Source: Podarcis muralis (Eukaryota). Taken from it: 64,000 nucleotides of DNA. Of this stretch, positions 12,931 through 25,008 are shown piece after piece. The notes beneath the pieces were generated by a model. That model did no database searches and was not told the origin of the DNA. It saw only the letters and a program-made list of their open reading frames with translations. The translations under genes were made by a program, and so were the position numbers. How positions within the stretch are numbered: the stretch's first letter is position 1; each line of letters begins with the position of its first letter. Where the stretch lies: NCBI RefSeq assembly GCF_964188315.1, contig NC_135656.1, positions 67,022,001 through 67,086,000 on the forward strand, in the 5' to 3' direction.

Positions 12931-14034
12931 TTTTTATTAATTCTTGAGCTAATTCAAGGGTGTAGTTGAATACCAATCTGGGTGGCATATATCAATTTAT
13001 ATTGGGGTAATTGAATTTTCTATGAATATGACAAAGGTGTTGATGGGCCAACTTGGAATCCACGATGTGGATGTTAACAAGGTGATGGAGTGTATGTTTG
13101 AAGTGACAGGAAAAGGAAGTCTGGAAGCAAAGGGTGCTGGGAAGAAGAAGCAGGAGGAAGAGCTGGAATCCATCTTGGGAAGGCTGTCTGAAGGCTGTCT
13201 GAAGGCTGCCTTGGCTGCTGTAGGGTACAAGTGCCTCTTGAAATGCCCATAATTGTACGATCTGGACTCCCTCCATCCAGATTGAAGGTGCACATAGCTT
13301 AATAAAGCTTATTAAAGCCATGACAGTCTCTGCCGCATCCTCAGTTCTCCAAAGAAACACAGACCCTGTGTGGGTGCCTGGGACCCCATGGGCTTTTGCC
13401 ACCACTTGGCAGAGAGAGGGGCAGGCACTCGACTTTGCTAACAATATTCATTCTATTGAGATCACAGTGGTTTGGAAAGATCTTGATACTTTTAAAAAGG
13501 AGGAGGATGCAGGATGATGGACCTGATGGGCCATTGGCCTGATCCTCTTACGTTCTTACGTTCCCCTTGGGCAGCAGAATGGTCTCCCCTTCTCTCTCGT
13601 CCTCTGCATAGCCTAACCTGCCCTAGGGATCCCCCAAATCCACCAGAGCAACATAGGCAACACAGTGGGACACCCAGGTAGGGAAAGCAAGCAGGAGAGA
13701 AATCCCATTGCATTAACATTAAGTCTTCTGCTGGCACAATGGTGTAACTGGGTACCCACTTGAATGGCATACATCAATTCATATAATGGCAATTGATGTA
13801 CTATGAGTATTTTTCTCTTATAACTCTGTCTGTTGTTTTTTTTAATTTGCTTCGATTAAAAATCAATAGAAAAGCAAATAAATGTATCATGACAAGTCCT
13901 GAGAATAGCTGTGGATCACTGTTTGGGGGGCCATCTTGTGGCTACCTCCTTCCGAATCAGAGTGACCGTATCTGCAAAAAACTTTGCAAAAGCTTTGGGA
14001 CACTGTTTGGGGGGGCATCTTGTGGCTACATTAT

Positions 14035-14330
14035 GGAGTGCTTATTTCCAATGCTATTTAATATCTACATGAATCCATTGGGAGAGGTCAATAGGAGTTT
14101 CGGAGTGAGGTGCCATCAGTATGCTGACAACACTCAGTTCTACTTTGCCATAACATCTGAATCCAGAGAGGCTGTACAGTACTTGGGCCATTGCCTGGAA
14201 GCAGTGGTGAAATGGATGAATAAAATCAAGCTGAGCTTGAAACCTGGCAAGATGGATGCAGTCTGGGTAAGTAGTCCCCGTGTTCAAGAAAATGGTCCAT
14301 TGCCTATCCTGGATGGGGTACCAGGCAGAG
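14035..14330 (+). mobile_element. L2-clade RT fragment
   Basis: PMLFNIYMNPLGEV...HQYADNTQFYF...VKWMNKIKLSLKPGK in ORF 13793-14356. Confidence 0.75.
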
Positions 14331-16041
14331 TTCAAGGTGTTCCTATTAGCGTATAAAGCCCTTAACAACTTGGGACCAGTTTACCTACAAGATCGCCTAA
14401 CCCCCAGAGTCAGCCCACCCAGATTGGAGAAATGAAACAGACTTCACCCCCTACTGGCACCTCACTTGCCCGACCACCGCCAGAGAAGCAAACCCAGGCA
14501 CCTTCATGATTGTAATGGTGGATTTGTCAGCCTCTTAGTGCTTAGAAATGGAAATGGAATATTACAGAGGACTGCAGTGTCCTGTACCAATTTCAACAGT
14601 TTCCTTTTAGTGCACAGTTCAAGAAACATTTGGCAACCAGCCAGTTAGCAAATAGTACGTGGAACAGTTTACTGTCTCAAGCATAAATCATAGCAAATAT
14701 AACAGATATTTTCAAAGTAAACCAATAAAAATGAATTAAAAGACAGTAACATTCTCAGTTACCGTAACTTTATTGCAATGTATCACGTGGGTTTCTAGAG
14801 AATGGAGATATCATTTCATTGCTGCTGAAGTAAATACAGCTCCATATCTGCTGGACCCACTGCCAGCCACTTCTGTTTTCCACTTCTGCTCACGGGCTCA
14901 AATGCACACACCATAACATATACATGCTCTGGACATGCCAAAAACTGGAGGTTTTGAGAAGAAAGGCCCTGTTGGATCTGGCTGAGGGGCCAAGTCAAAG
15001 TTCAGCATCCAGATGTGGCACATTGGGTGAGCCAGAGCTGTGGGGCTGCCCTCCTGCCACTGCAGCCACTGGAGCTTACCTGAAGTAAGCACTATTATGT
15101 TCTGATGCAAAGATTGTACAAAAAGAAGGGCACTTTTAAAAAGAAGGCAATGCAACCAGCACTCTCCAATGCAACCGTTGAGTCCCATTTACAATTGTGA
15201 GACAGCCGAGAAATGTGACGTCTGTCCTTAAAAGTATCAAGTATTTTCCTTGCCACTGCGATTTCAATAGAATGAATATGCCACTTCAAGGAGAATCTCC
15301 AAGTTAAAATGGGGAAGATATTGTTGGGGCAATACTCTGAGCATCGGAAGTGTGGTTTAATCAGAACCTAAGAATATCCCTACTGGATCATGCCCATGTC
15401 TCTTCTGTCCCAGGATCCTGTTCTCACAGCTGACAACCAGATACCTATGGGATGCCTGCAAGCAGGACCTGAGGGCAAAAACACTGGACCCATCTTCTGT
15501 TTTCCCAGTAACTTCTATTCAGAAGAAAATGGCCTCAAACAATGGAAATCCAAGAAGCTCACGCCAAACATTCATGGCTTGTTTTCTCCTATCACCAAAT
15601 CTTGTTTTCTCTGTGCTTGTTTTCCACTTTGTGGTTTCCATAAAATTAAAAATAACAAGTGTGTTTGACGTATATAACGTGTTTGTATTACTTTCTAGGA
15701 CAACAATACCTCTTTTATTTTACATGCTGAACAAGTAAAGCTCCTTTGTTTTCCTTCGTACTAAAACAATTGCCTATGATCAAAAGAATCCCAAAATTTC
15801 TAAAACTATTTTCTGTATACCTCATTTCTTGTGACCTGCAACAGAAATGTTATCATCACATCAGAAGCCGTATTTCTTAAGGAACTGGTTGCCAAATGTT
15901 TATTGCATACACGTGGAATATGCATTGAAAGAGAAACCATAAAAATTGGTACATGACAATGCAGTCCTCTGTAATCACATTTGCATGTGTAAATATTTCT
16001 CAACAATTGGGAGATTTCATCATCAAGGCTGCAGAAACTTC

Positions 16042-16049
16042 CATAAATA
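16042..16049 (+). promoter_or_regulatory. TATA-like box (CATAAATA) of the K2 type-A promoter
   Basis: About 107 nt upstream of the ATG. Present at the same position in K3, K5 and K7; K1, K4 and K6 have TATATA-type boxes at the homologous site. Confidence 0.5.
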
Positions 16050-16155
16050 CATGGAAGAGATACCAGACCTCATCCATAACCAGTGGAAGCTGAAAAGCAT
16101 CTACTGCTTGGAAAAGCACTAAGAGGCCGACAGATCCCAACCCACCAGCAAAATC

Positions 16156-19100
16156 ATGAAGCCAAGCAGCTTTCTCCTCCTCACTCTGATGGTCTTCTTT
16201 TTGTACTCAGGTAAGTCATATTTCATATTGCAAAATTTCTCTTTCTCGGAGAGTTGTAGGGACCAAAGAATCCATGGACTATTCATGTCTTTAGATGAGT
16301 GTAGGAAGGCTCCACCTGTGTTGACAAAACCCAGTTAAAATCTCCTTGCAAACCATGGTGTTCACTGTCTGAAAGCTTGCGGAAGGAGGGGACATTGTTG
16401 TTAAGCATAGGGACACTGGGGGCAGGGACACACATCCCCCCAAACACACACACACTTGAACCTTCCCACGTTCTTTTGGACACTGAAACATGTCTGTTCT
16501 CAAGGTTCCTCCTATATGAAATTATACATGCCAGGATGAACCAGAATGAATGCCTTCCTATGTGAGATTTACTCTATCAAATAAAGATACTCTACATCAG
16601 GGCTCTACATTGCACAAGGCGCCCACCACTATTCACACAATAGGAGCCTTTTTGAAAACTGAGGCTCGAAACACTAATGCCCCCTAAAGCTACCATGTAC
16701 TCTCCTTTCTTCATGGTCTCCACGTGGCTCTTGTGACATAAAAAGTGGACCTAGCCATGATTCTTAACATGCAAAGCACCACAGCCGGGCATTCAAGGGA
16801 TATCAACAAAACTGGGTCCCAGTTAGTTATGGACTAAACCAGTATATACAGTTATTTGTATTTAGTATAGTTAACTGAACCATTTCCCATTGATTTGATT
16901 GTCTTCCTATCCATGCTCAGTGGCATTTAAAGGAAATTGTATATTGCCAAGGCAAATTATAGATGCATTTTTAGGATAACATAGGATGTACAAGATACAA
17001 TGCATCTCACTTTTCAGTTCCTAGAAATAAATGTTATCAAATAGGCTATTATTCAACATATGGAATTTCTAAACAATTTTCACATTTTCTGTGTTTTGCA
17101 TCTAGATGTTGTTGTGAAAGCAACATGGAAAGCGGTAAGTGGAAATCATTTATTCCTATGAAAGAACATGGACGTAGCACGGAGTTAAGATAAGTGAATA
17201 TATTTTTCNNNNNNNNNNNNNNNNNNNNNNNNNNNNNNNNNNNNNNNNNNNNNNNNNNNNNNNNNNNNNNNNNNNNNNNNNNNNNNNNNNNNNNNNNNNN
17301 NNNNNNNNNNNNNNNNNNNNNNNNNNNNNNNNNNNNNNNNNNNNNNNNNNNNNNNTTTAAAATAAGGCAACAAAAAAACATCAACACAAATATAACATAC
17401 AAGAGCTGGGGTTTTCCCAGGATTTTACATCTCTAGTCCCACCCATTTTTTTTAAAAAAGTTGGTGGTATTATTATTAGTTCCAGTTGCTACCCACAATT
17501 TATAAGAAAGTCTCAGCTTGCGTTCTGTAGTAGCCAAGTGGCGTTATTCTGTTATTACTAGGCAGACCGCCCAACCTTGCAGGCATATTATTTAGCCACT
17601 GTCTTAAGAATCCAGTCACTCACTGTGTTTTTTTTAAAAAAGTATTTATTTGCAAAAACAACCATCAAATGTGTCTAGCATGAAACCCCTAGAGCTGCCC
17701 ACTCACAATTTGGCAGGATTAATCTTCTCTAAAGGGGCTACCATGTCTGCAAATTTTGTTTCGCAGCGTGAAACACTTTGTACCTGTTCTAACCCTGCAA
17801 TATTTTAAAGTTTAAACTGTCTTGCATGAAATCCCTGGCACCGATGATCTATAATTTGACAGGTTTAAGCCCCCGAAATGGGGCCTTACCATGTCACCAA
17901 ATCACATGCCCCTAGTGGGAACTTGGAATGAATAGAGAACAACATTATCACACAATTCCCTGCTTGCCAGGACAATAAATCAGCATTTCCTGTGCTTGAA
18001 TGCACACCTTAATACAACACGTGTTGAATTGTCATTTGCATTCCTCATCTTTGCCTCATTATTAATCATGTCATAATCAGAAAGACCTTGTAGTCCAAAG
18101 GTTAAGTGGGGAGGACCTTTAAAACTGTTGTGTCCTTCATCTTCAGAAATATTGCAAAGGGTATCCAAACCCAGCATGCACCCTGGAGTACCTGGCCCAC
18201 TGCGGTTCTGATGGCAAGACCTATGGCAACAGGTGTCTCTTCTGCAATGCATATATGTGAGTATATCAAAGAATCATGCAGTCGGAAGGGACCCCAAGAG
18301 TCATGTATTCCAACCTCCTGGAATGCAGGAATCCTTTCCCCCCCTGATACATCTTTGTTGGAAGTTAAAAAGTACATGATTATATTTTCACTAAGCATGG
18401 TGAGATATAAATAAACGAAATAAAAAGAAATTGAGAATCAGCACCCATGTAGAAGGGAAAGTCAAGCGGGGGACGGACCCCTCCCCTGGGCAGTGCAGGA
18501 ATCATTTTGCACAACGTGGCGTTCTAAGCCATGGCCCTGAGTTTTGTGTTGCTTATGAGGCCCAAAGGAACATGGTGAGCAGAGCTAATCTGTAGGTAGC
18601 CCTGAATTTGAAGATGGAGTGGCTTGGGAGGGCTATTCAAATGCACCACCCTCCTGACACTCTTGTTGCTGCTGCTAAGAGTGTTGGGGGGGCAGGGGAT
18701 ATATGCCCAGAAGGGCTCTATCTCCATCCCACCAGGCCAGACTCAACGCAAAAGGTAGTAGGGTTGGCCCAGAAGAAAAATAACCAAAAAAGCCATCAGG
18801 GAATTAGGGGATAAAGGTAAAGGGACCCCTGACCATTAGGTCCAGTCGTGACCGACTCTGGGGTTGTGGTGCTCATCTCGCTTTATTGGCTGAGGGAGCC
18901 GGCATACAGCTTCCGGGTCATGTGGCCAGCATGACTAAGCCACTTCTGGTGCACCAGAGCAGCACACGGAAACACCGTTTACCTTCCCGCCGGAGCGGTA
19001 CCTATTTATCTACTTGCACTGTGACGTGCTTTTGAGCTGCTAGGTTGGCAGGAGCTGGGACCGAGCAACGGGAGCTCACCCCATCGCACAGATTTGAACT

Positions 19101-19625
19101 GCTGACCTTCTGATCGGCAAGTCCTAGGCTCTGTGGTTTAACCCACAGCGTCACCAGCTTCCCACAATTAGGGGATAGTAAGAACATTATTATGAAGGCC
19201 TACATTACAAAGGCCTACACTAGGTGTTTCCTTAATGTTGATCTTGGAATTGCTCTTGGTAAAAGTCTGAACATTTGCTGCTAGAGAAGTTTGACACAGA
19301 TGTACGATGAAGGCGGGAGAAGGGAAATCTTCTACAAATGGTAGACCTGAAAAGAATATTGTTCCCTCTTGCTCTATATTGGCTAGGCTGACAGGAAGCT
19401 GTTTTCCCGGGTCTCAGACAGGATTCTTCCTCAGCCCTTTCCCGTCCCCAAGACACAGAGCAATGATGGCATAAGCTTTCCCATCTATATAGTATTTCTC
19501 TTTAAGGAGTTATCATGAAAGCTGCAACTTATGAATTCTCATATTTATTTACTTCTTTTTTTCTCATCAGCAAAAGTGGAAGCAAGCTGAAACTGAAATA
19601 CTTCGGAAAATGCAAAAAAGTTTAA
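16156..19625 (+). CDS. K2: secreted single-domain Kazal inhibitor (SPINK family), intact, P1=Leu, in the inverted block
   Basis: Exons 16156-16210, 17106-17134, 18147-18256, 19571-19625, all GT-AG. Protein (82 aa): [88 protein letters not shown] at 19776-19781. Confidence 0.92.
17209..17355. other. Assembly gap (147 N) in K2 intron 2
   Basis: Run of N; the homologous position in paralogs is a short CA/GA microsatellite region. Confidence 0.97.
18814..19165 (-). mobile_element. Sauria SINE in K2 intron 3
   Basis: Same family as 376-726. 12-bp TSD AATTAGGGGATA at 18802-18813 and 19166-19177. Confidence 0.9.
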
Positions 19626-20907
19626 GATGCACAAGACTATGAAACATCTGCAAAAGAAGTCCCATTTCTCTTTAAGCTTCACTCATCGCATCACCACAAA
19701 AAAGAAATCCATTCTTCTCTTTGCTTATCCTCTGTGAGCCAGTGAATATCTCACAACATCTTGATTCGGTTTATCAATAAATAAGCTCAGCAACATTATC
19801 AAACTCTCCATGCATTTATTTGTGTATTATCTATTCTTAAAAATATTATATGATTTGGGCAAGAGATCAGTCTTGAAGTTTGTTACTAATAACGCACAAT
19901 CGGGGAACTGAGTCAAACAATCAGCAGAATCTTCTCCCTTTTGAGTATGACATTTCTGAGTCCTGGCAATTGATTTCTGCAGAGCAAAAAAACAAACAAA
20001 AACCTGTAGAACACCAGGTGATTAGTTAGACACTGAGGCTATAACCCATCCCCCTGCCATGATACATTTCTTCTCTTTTCTATTGATTTTTAATAGAAGA
20101 AAATAAAAAACAGAGAGAGAAATAAGAGAAAAGTACATATTGAAAATTCAGCTGCCATCATATGAATTGATATATGCCATTCAAGTGGGTACCCAGCTAC
20201 AACATTGCTCCAGCAGAAGAATTAATGTTAATGCAATGGGATTTCTCTCCTCCTTACTTTCCCCACCTGAGTGTCCCACTGTGTTGCCTTTGTTACTCCG
20301 CTGGATTTGAGGAATCCGCAGGGCAGATTAGTTTATGCGGAGGAGAAAGAGGGAAGGGGAGACTTCTGCTGCACAAGGAGAATGTAAGAAGCAGCTGCTG
20401 GATCAGACCAATCACCCACTAGGTCCATCATCCTGTTCTGTATATGCCCGTCTCTGAGAGGGAGCAGCCACCTTGTTTTAGTAAGGGAGAAAAGCAGAAG
20501 AGCTCCTCACTTTCACAGGTATTGTTCCACAAGGAAATCTCAACAGAGCAGAGAAAATGGTGTCTTTCAGCCTTTTCTACTGGAGGGCTAGGAGAAGAAT
20601 GGAGAGGAAGCATTGGAAGGTAACTCAACTGCTCATCAGAATATCCACTTTTGTTAGGAAAGGCTGGAAGTACCCCCATGCTGTGCAAACTTCAAAAAAG
20701 GTGTCAGGTTTCAATCCTATTCACTCTTCCTTGAAAGCGAGTTCTTACTTCTGCCCTTTACCTCTGAGGGGCAAAGTGGGGCATGGCTCAGGCAAGATTT
20801 GGAACCCTCCAAACTCTCCAAGCCCAAGGTCCAGTCTTCGCCTGTCAACCACAATAATGCCAAGGCATTTTTAACAACTGGGGGCTTCTGTGCATCTCCT
20901 TTGCTTA

Positions 20908-21250
20908 GGTAAAGGTAAAGGGACCCCTGACCATTAGGTCCAGTCGTGGCCGACTCTGGGGTTGTGACGCTCATCTCGCTTTATAGGCCGAGGGAGCTGG
21001 TGTACAGCTTCTGGGTCATGTGGCCAGCATGACTAAGCCACTTCTGGCGAACCAGAGCAGCGCACAGAAATGCCATTTACCTTCCCCGCTGGAGCGGTAC
21101 CTGTTTATCTACTTGCACTTTGACGTGCTTTCAAACTGCTAGGTTGGCAGGAGCAGGACCGAGCAACAGGAGCTCACCCCGTTGTGGGGATTCGAACCGC
21201 CGATCTTCTGATTGGTAAGTCCTAGGCTCTGTGGTCTAACCCACAGCGCC
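20908..21250 (-). mobile_element. Sauria SINE, slightly 5'-truncated
   Basis: GGTAAAGGTAAAGGGACCCC tail and body match the other two copies. Confidence 0.88.
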
Positions 21251-21602
21251 ATAAAAAGCACTGGCAGCAGATTCCCGCCCTGTCTCCAAGGAGAGGAAAC
21301 AGTTGAAAATTGACCCAAGCAACTATCTCACATAGAAAGTGCTATGGAGGATGAGAGGGAAGATTCTAATCCTTTTGTGCTGCTGTTTTTTCTCTCAGGC
21401 GCCATGTCTCCATCGAGCAAGACACAAACATAAACTGGGAGATAAGCTGGCAGTGGTTTGGTTACCAGCCTCCCTGCTTCACTGTGTGGCTGTTTGATCT
21501 TTTCCACTGCACACATCTTCTCTTCCTGCCGTGCAAGTGATTGTGTGTATGTGTAAGAGATGGAGAGAAGGAACATAGAGAAGATAGCCAGGTCCAGGAG
21601 CT

Positions 21603-21739
21603 CAGACCCTCCAAGTGTCCCTATTTTCCAGGGATGTCCCTGATTTAGAGAAGCCGTTCCGGTTTCTGATTTGATCCCAGAATGTCCCACTTTCCCTTAG
21701 GATGTCCCTATTTTCATTGGAGAAATGTTGGAGGGTATG
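21603..21739. mobile_element. Short MITE-like element
   Basis: Terminal inverted repeats CAGACCCTCCAA / TTGGAGGGTATG and internal TGTCCC repeats; TSD not clear. Confidence 0.5.
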
Positions 21740-21984
21740 AGAGCTACCAGCTGCCCTTGGAGAGAGTTGAGGGTGGGTGGAGGGGAGCTAATTTTGACGG
21801 TAAGTATAGAATTGGCAAGCTATCCCATTCAATCTTTTCTAACCAAATTGAATTTATGAACCTAAGTTAATTAGGTCTATTAGCTTTAGTGGATTCACTC
21901 TGAGTGCAATGAACATTGATTCCCACCCAGTTGCCGGAATACTTTGTGTTGATAATGATAAGGGGTGTGGGGTGCAGAGCTAAT

Positions 21985-22540
21985 TAGAATCGTAGAATTG
22001 GAATGGACCCCAAGGGTCATCTAGTCCAACCCCCTGCAATGCAGGAATCTCAGCTGCAGCATCCACAACAGATAGGCATCTAACTTCTGCTTAGAAGCCT
22101 CCAAGGATGGAGAGTCTGTCACCTTCCATTTGAGTTATTTCTACTGTCGAACAGCTCTTACTATCAGAAAGTTCTTCCAGATGTTTAGTCAGAATCTCTT
22201 TTCTTGTAACTTGAAGCCATTGGTTCAAGTCCTACCCTCCAGAGCAGGAGAAAACAAGCTTGCTCCATCCTCCATGTGACAGCCATTGAGACATTTGAAG
22301 ATGACTATCATATCTCTTCTCAGTCTCCTCTTTTCCAGGCTAAACAAGCCCAGCTCCTTCATCCGTTCCTCATAAGGCTTAGTTCCCAGACTCTTGGTCA
22401 TCATGGTTGCCCTCCTCTGCACACATTCCAGTTCGTCAATATCCTTTTTAAATTGTGGGTGCCCAGAATTGGACACAGTATACCAGGTGTGGTCTGTCCA
22501 AGGCAGAAAAGAGTAGTACTATTACTTCCCTTGATCTGTA
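21985..22540 (-). mobile_element. CR1 LINE 3' fragment
   Basis: Minus ORF WAPQFKKD...ELECVQRRATMM...YEERMKELGLFSLEKRRLRRDMI, followed by the ATTCTA-type tail. Confidence 0.9.
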
Positions 22541-23415
22541 CTGGCTTAAGATCTATGTTTTCAAACTGGGCACAGGACTACTCCAACCTCTAGCTCAGAA
22601 CTATTATGTCAGTTGCTGGTCCAAGAACAACACCCAAAAAGCTTCCTCAACGGGCTGTCCCAATCTCATCTTCAACACTTGGGCTTCAACATAGCCTTTA
22701 AATCACTAAAATCACTATGGTGATCTGTGGGCCCTACCCATCCTGCTCACCAAGGGATGTGCATTTACAGTATGTTGGGACATTTCACATAGCTGAATAT
22801 CTAAAGAACTTGGCAGTGGTCAGCTACCACAGACTTTTTACTAAGGCCAGACAGAATGTGTTTCCTTCCGAAATGCTCCACGGCACAAGCAACTTTGGTG
22901 CAGCTCCAGTACAAATCAGAAATGCGCACTGTTATAGGTGCAGATTGCCCAAAGCAGCAGCATAATTGATATAACTTTGATACCATTTAACTTGATACCA
23001 TCAACCATGGTATCCTCCAGATACCATTGGCCAGAGAACTGCTAGTGGAGAGGCTAGTGGAGAGGCAATGTAGGTGTGGACTATACATGGGTGGCTAATA
23101 AGGGCTGGAGAGAGATGCTGGGGTGGTTAGGAAGGAGATGAGGCAGAATCCACGCTTCACGATTGTAGGTGTGATCCCTGGTTGCATTGTCCTTCTTTTT
23201 AAAAGGATCAAGATCTTTCCAAACCATTGTTATCTCAATAGAATGGATATTGTTACAAAAGTTGAGTGCCTGTCCCTCTCTCTGCCAAGTGGTGGCAAAA
23301 TCCCATGGGGTCCCAGGTGCCCACACAGGGTCTGTGTTTCTTTGGAGAAATGGGGATGCGACTGAGACTGTCATGGCTTTAATAAGCTTTATTAAGCTAT
23401 GTGCACCTTCAATCT

Positions 23416-23857
23416 TTTCCCAGTAGTGATGTATGGAAGTGAGAGCTGGACCATCAAGAAGGGTGATTGCCGAAGAATTGATGCTTTTGAATTATGGTGC
23501 TGGAGGAGACTCTTGAGAGTCCCATGGACTGCAAGAAGATCAAACATATCCATTCTTAAGGAAATCAGCCCTGAGTGCTCACTGGAAGGACAGATCCTGA
23601 AGCTGAGGCTCCAGTACTTTGGCCACCTCATGAGAAGAGAAGACTCCCTGGAAAAGACCCTGGTGTTGGGAAAGATGGAGGGCACAAGGAGAAGGGGACG
23701 ACAGAGGACAAGATGGGTGGACAGTGTTCTTGAAGCTACAAACATGAGCCTGACCAAACTGCGGGAGGCGATGGAAGACAGGAGTGCCTGGCGTGCTCTG
23801 GTCCATGGGGTCACGAAGAGTCGGACATGACTAAACGACTAAACAACAACAACAACA
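23416..23857 (+). mobile_element. Bov-B (RTE) LINE, 5'-truncated 3' end
   Basis: [15 protein letters not shown]...[18 protein letters not shown], (CAA)n tail, and 11-bp TSD ACCTTCAATCT at 23405-23415 and 23858-23868. Confidence 0.93.
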
Positions 23858-24779
23858 ACCTTCAATCTGTATGGAGGGAGTCCAGCTCTTACAGTTAAGG
23901 TCCTTCCAAAAGGGGCTTCTACCCCACAGCAGTGAAGGCAGCCTTCAGCCAGTCTTCCCAAGATAGATCCCAGTTCTTCTTCCTGCTACTTCTTCCTAGC
24001 ACATACATACACAAACATACACTCCATCACCTTGTTAACATCCCCATTGTGATGGTGGCCCATCAACACCTTTTGTCATGTTAACAGGTTTGCTCTTCAC
24101 TAAGCCAATCAGGCTGGTTTGGATAAGCCAGTTCAGGAATTCTCTGTCTGGCACAGCCCTGCAGCTTGTATTTTAATCCATATCCCAATTAATCAAAATC
24201 CTAGCATATATTCATTTCTAGGGTTTTTTTGGGGGGCATCCCCCTTTAAATCTATGGCAATATGCTATTTCAAAGAGAATCAGAAAAATGGGGAAGGTGA
24301 CCTTGGGTGAATACTCTGCGCATCAGAAGAACATAAAAATAGCGCTGGTGGATCGTGCCCATGTCTCTTCTGTCCCAGCATCCTGTTCTCACAGCTTACA
24401 ACCAGATACCTATGGGATGCCTGCAAACAGGACCTGAGGGCAAAAACACTGGACCCACCATCTGTTTTCCCAGTAACTTGTATTCAGAAGAAAATGGCCT
24501 CAAACAATGGAAATCCAAGATGCTCACGCCATCATTCATGACTTGTTTTCTCCTATCACCAAATCTTGTTTTCTCTGTGCTTGTTTTCCACTTCTGTGGT
24601 TTTCAAATAATTAAAGATAATAAGTGTGTTTGATGTATATAACATGTTTGTATTGCTTCCTTGGACAACCTTTACAATAACTCTTTTATTTTATAGCTTA
24701 CACGTTGAACGAGAAAGGCTTGTTCCATGGGTTTTCATGATAGCCACATCTAAACTCCACACCCCCAGAAAATATATAT

Positions 24780-25008
24780 ATATCTGAAATCAGTGTTGGC
24801 TAAGAATACATGTAATAAATTGTTATTTTTTTGGTGAATACTATATGACATGCAATTTGTCACTGGAGTCTTTTTTCAGCTTTGCTTTGGCTTATGGTCA
24901 AGACAAGCTACTAGTTTCTGCACAGGAAGGGAACTATTATGCATGGTATATTACATTGCTGCCCTCTGTAATGTCCTATTTCCACATGTAATTAAATTAT
25001 ATGGACTT
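24780..25008 (+). promoter_or_regulatory. Truncated type-B promoter at the right end of the inverted block (no gene follows)
   Basis: Reverse complement of the K4/K6 upstream region; stops at TTCCACATGTAA, about 50 nt before the TATA box. Confidence 0.65.

Noticed and set aside
13022-13252. Recurrent spacer ORF (…GIHDVDVNKVMECMFEVTGKGSLE…, also at 36983-37288 and inverted near 23870-24100)
   Set aside because: Indels and frames differ between copies and no domain was recognised; recurrence is explained by segmental duplication.
18106-18414. ORF-track frames overlapping Kazal exon 3 (MGRTFKTVV…, MHCRSHTGC…, …[13 protein letters not shown]…)
   Set aside because: Alternative or antisense frames of the real exon; they lack the cysteine pattern and are not conserved in length.
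20174-20422. Repeated ORFs MPFKWVPSY…, MPMSLLSQ… and MASNNGNP… in several units
   Set aside because: Chance frames in co-duplicated spacer and CR1-derived DNA, with lengths and stops that vary between copies.
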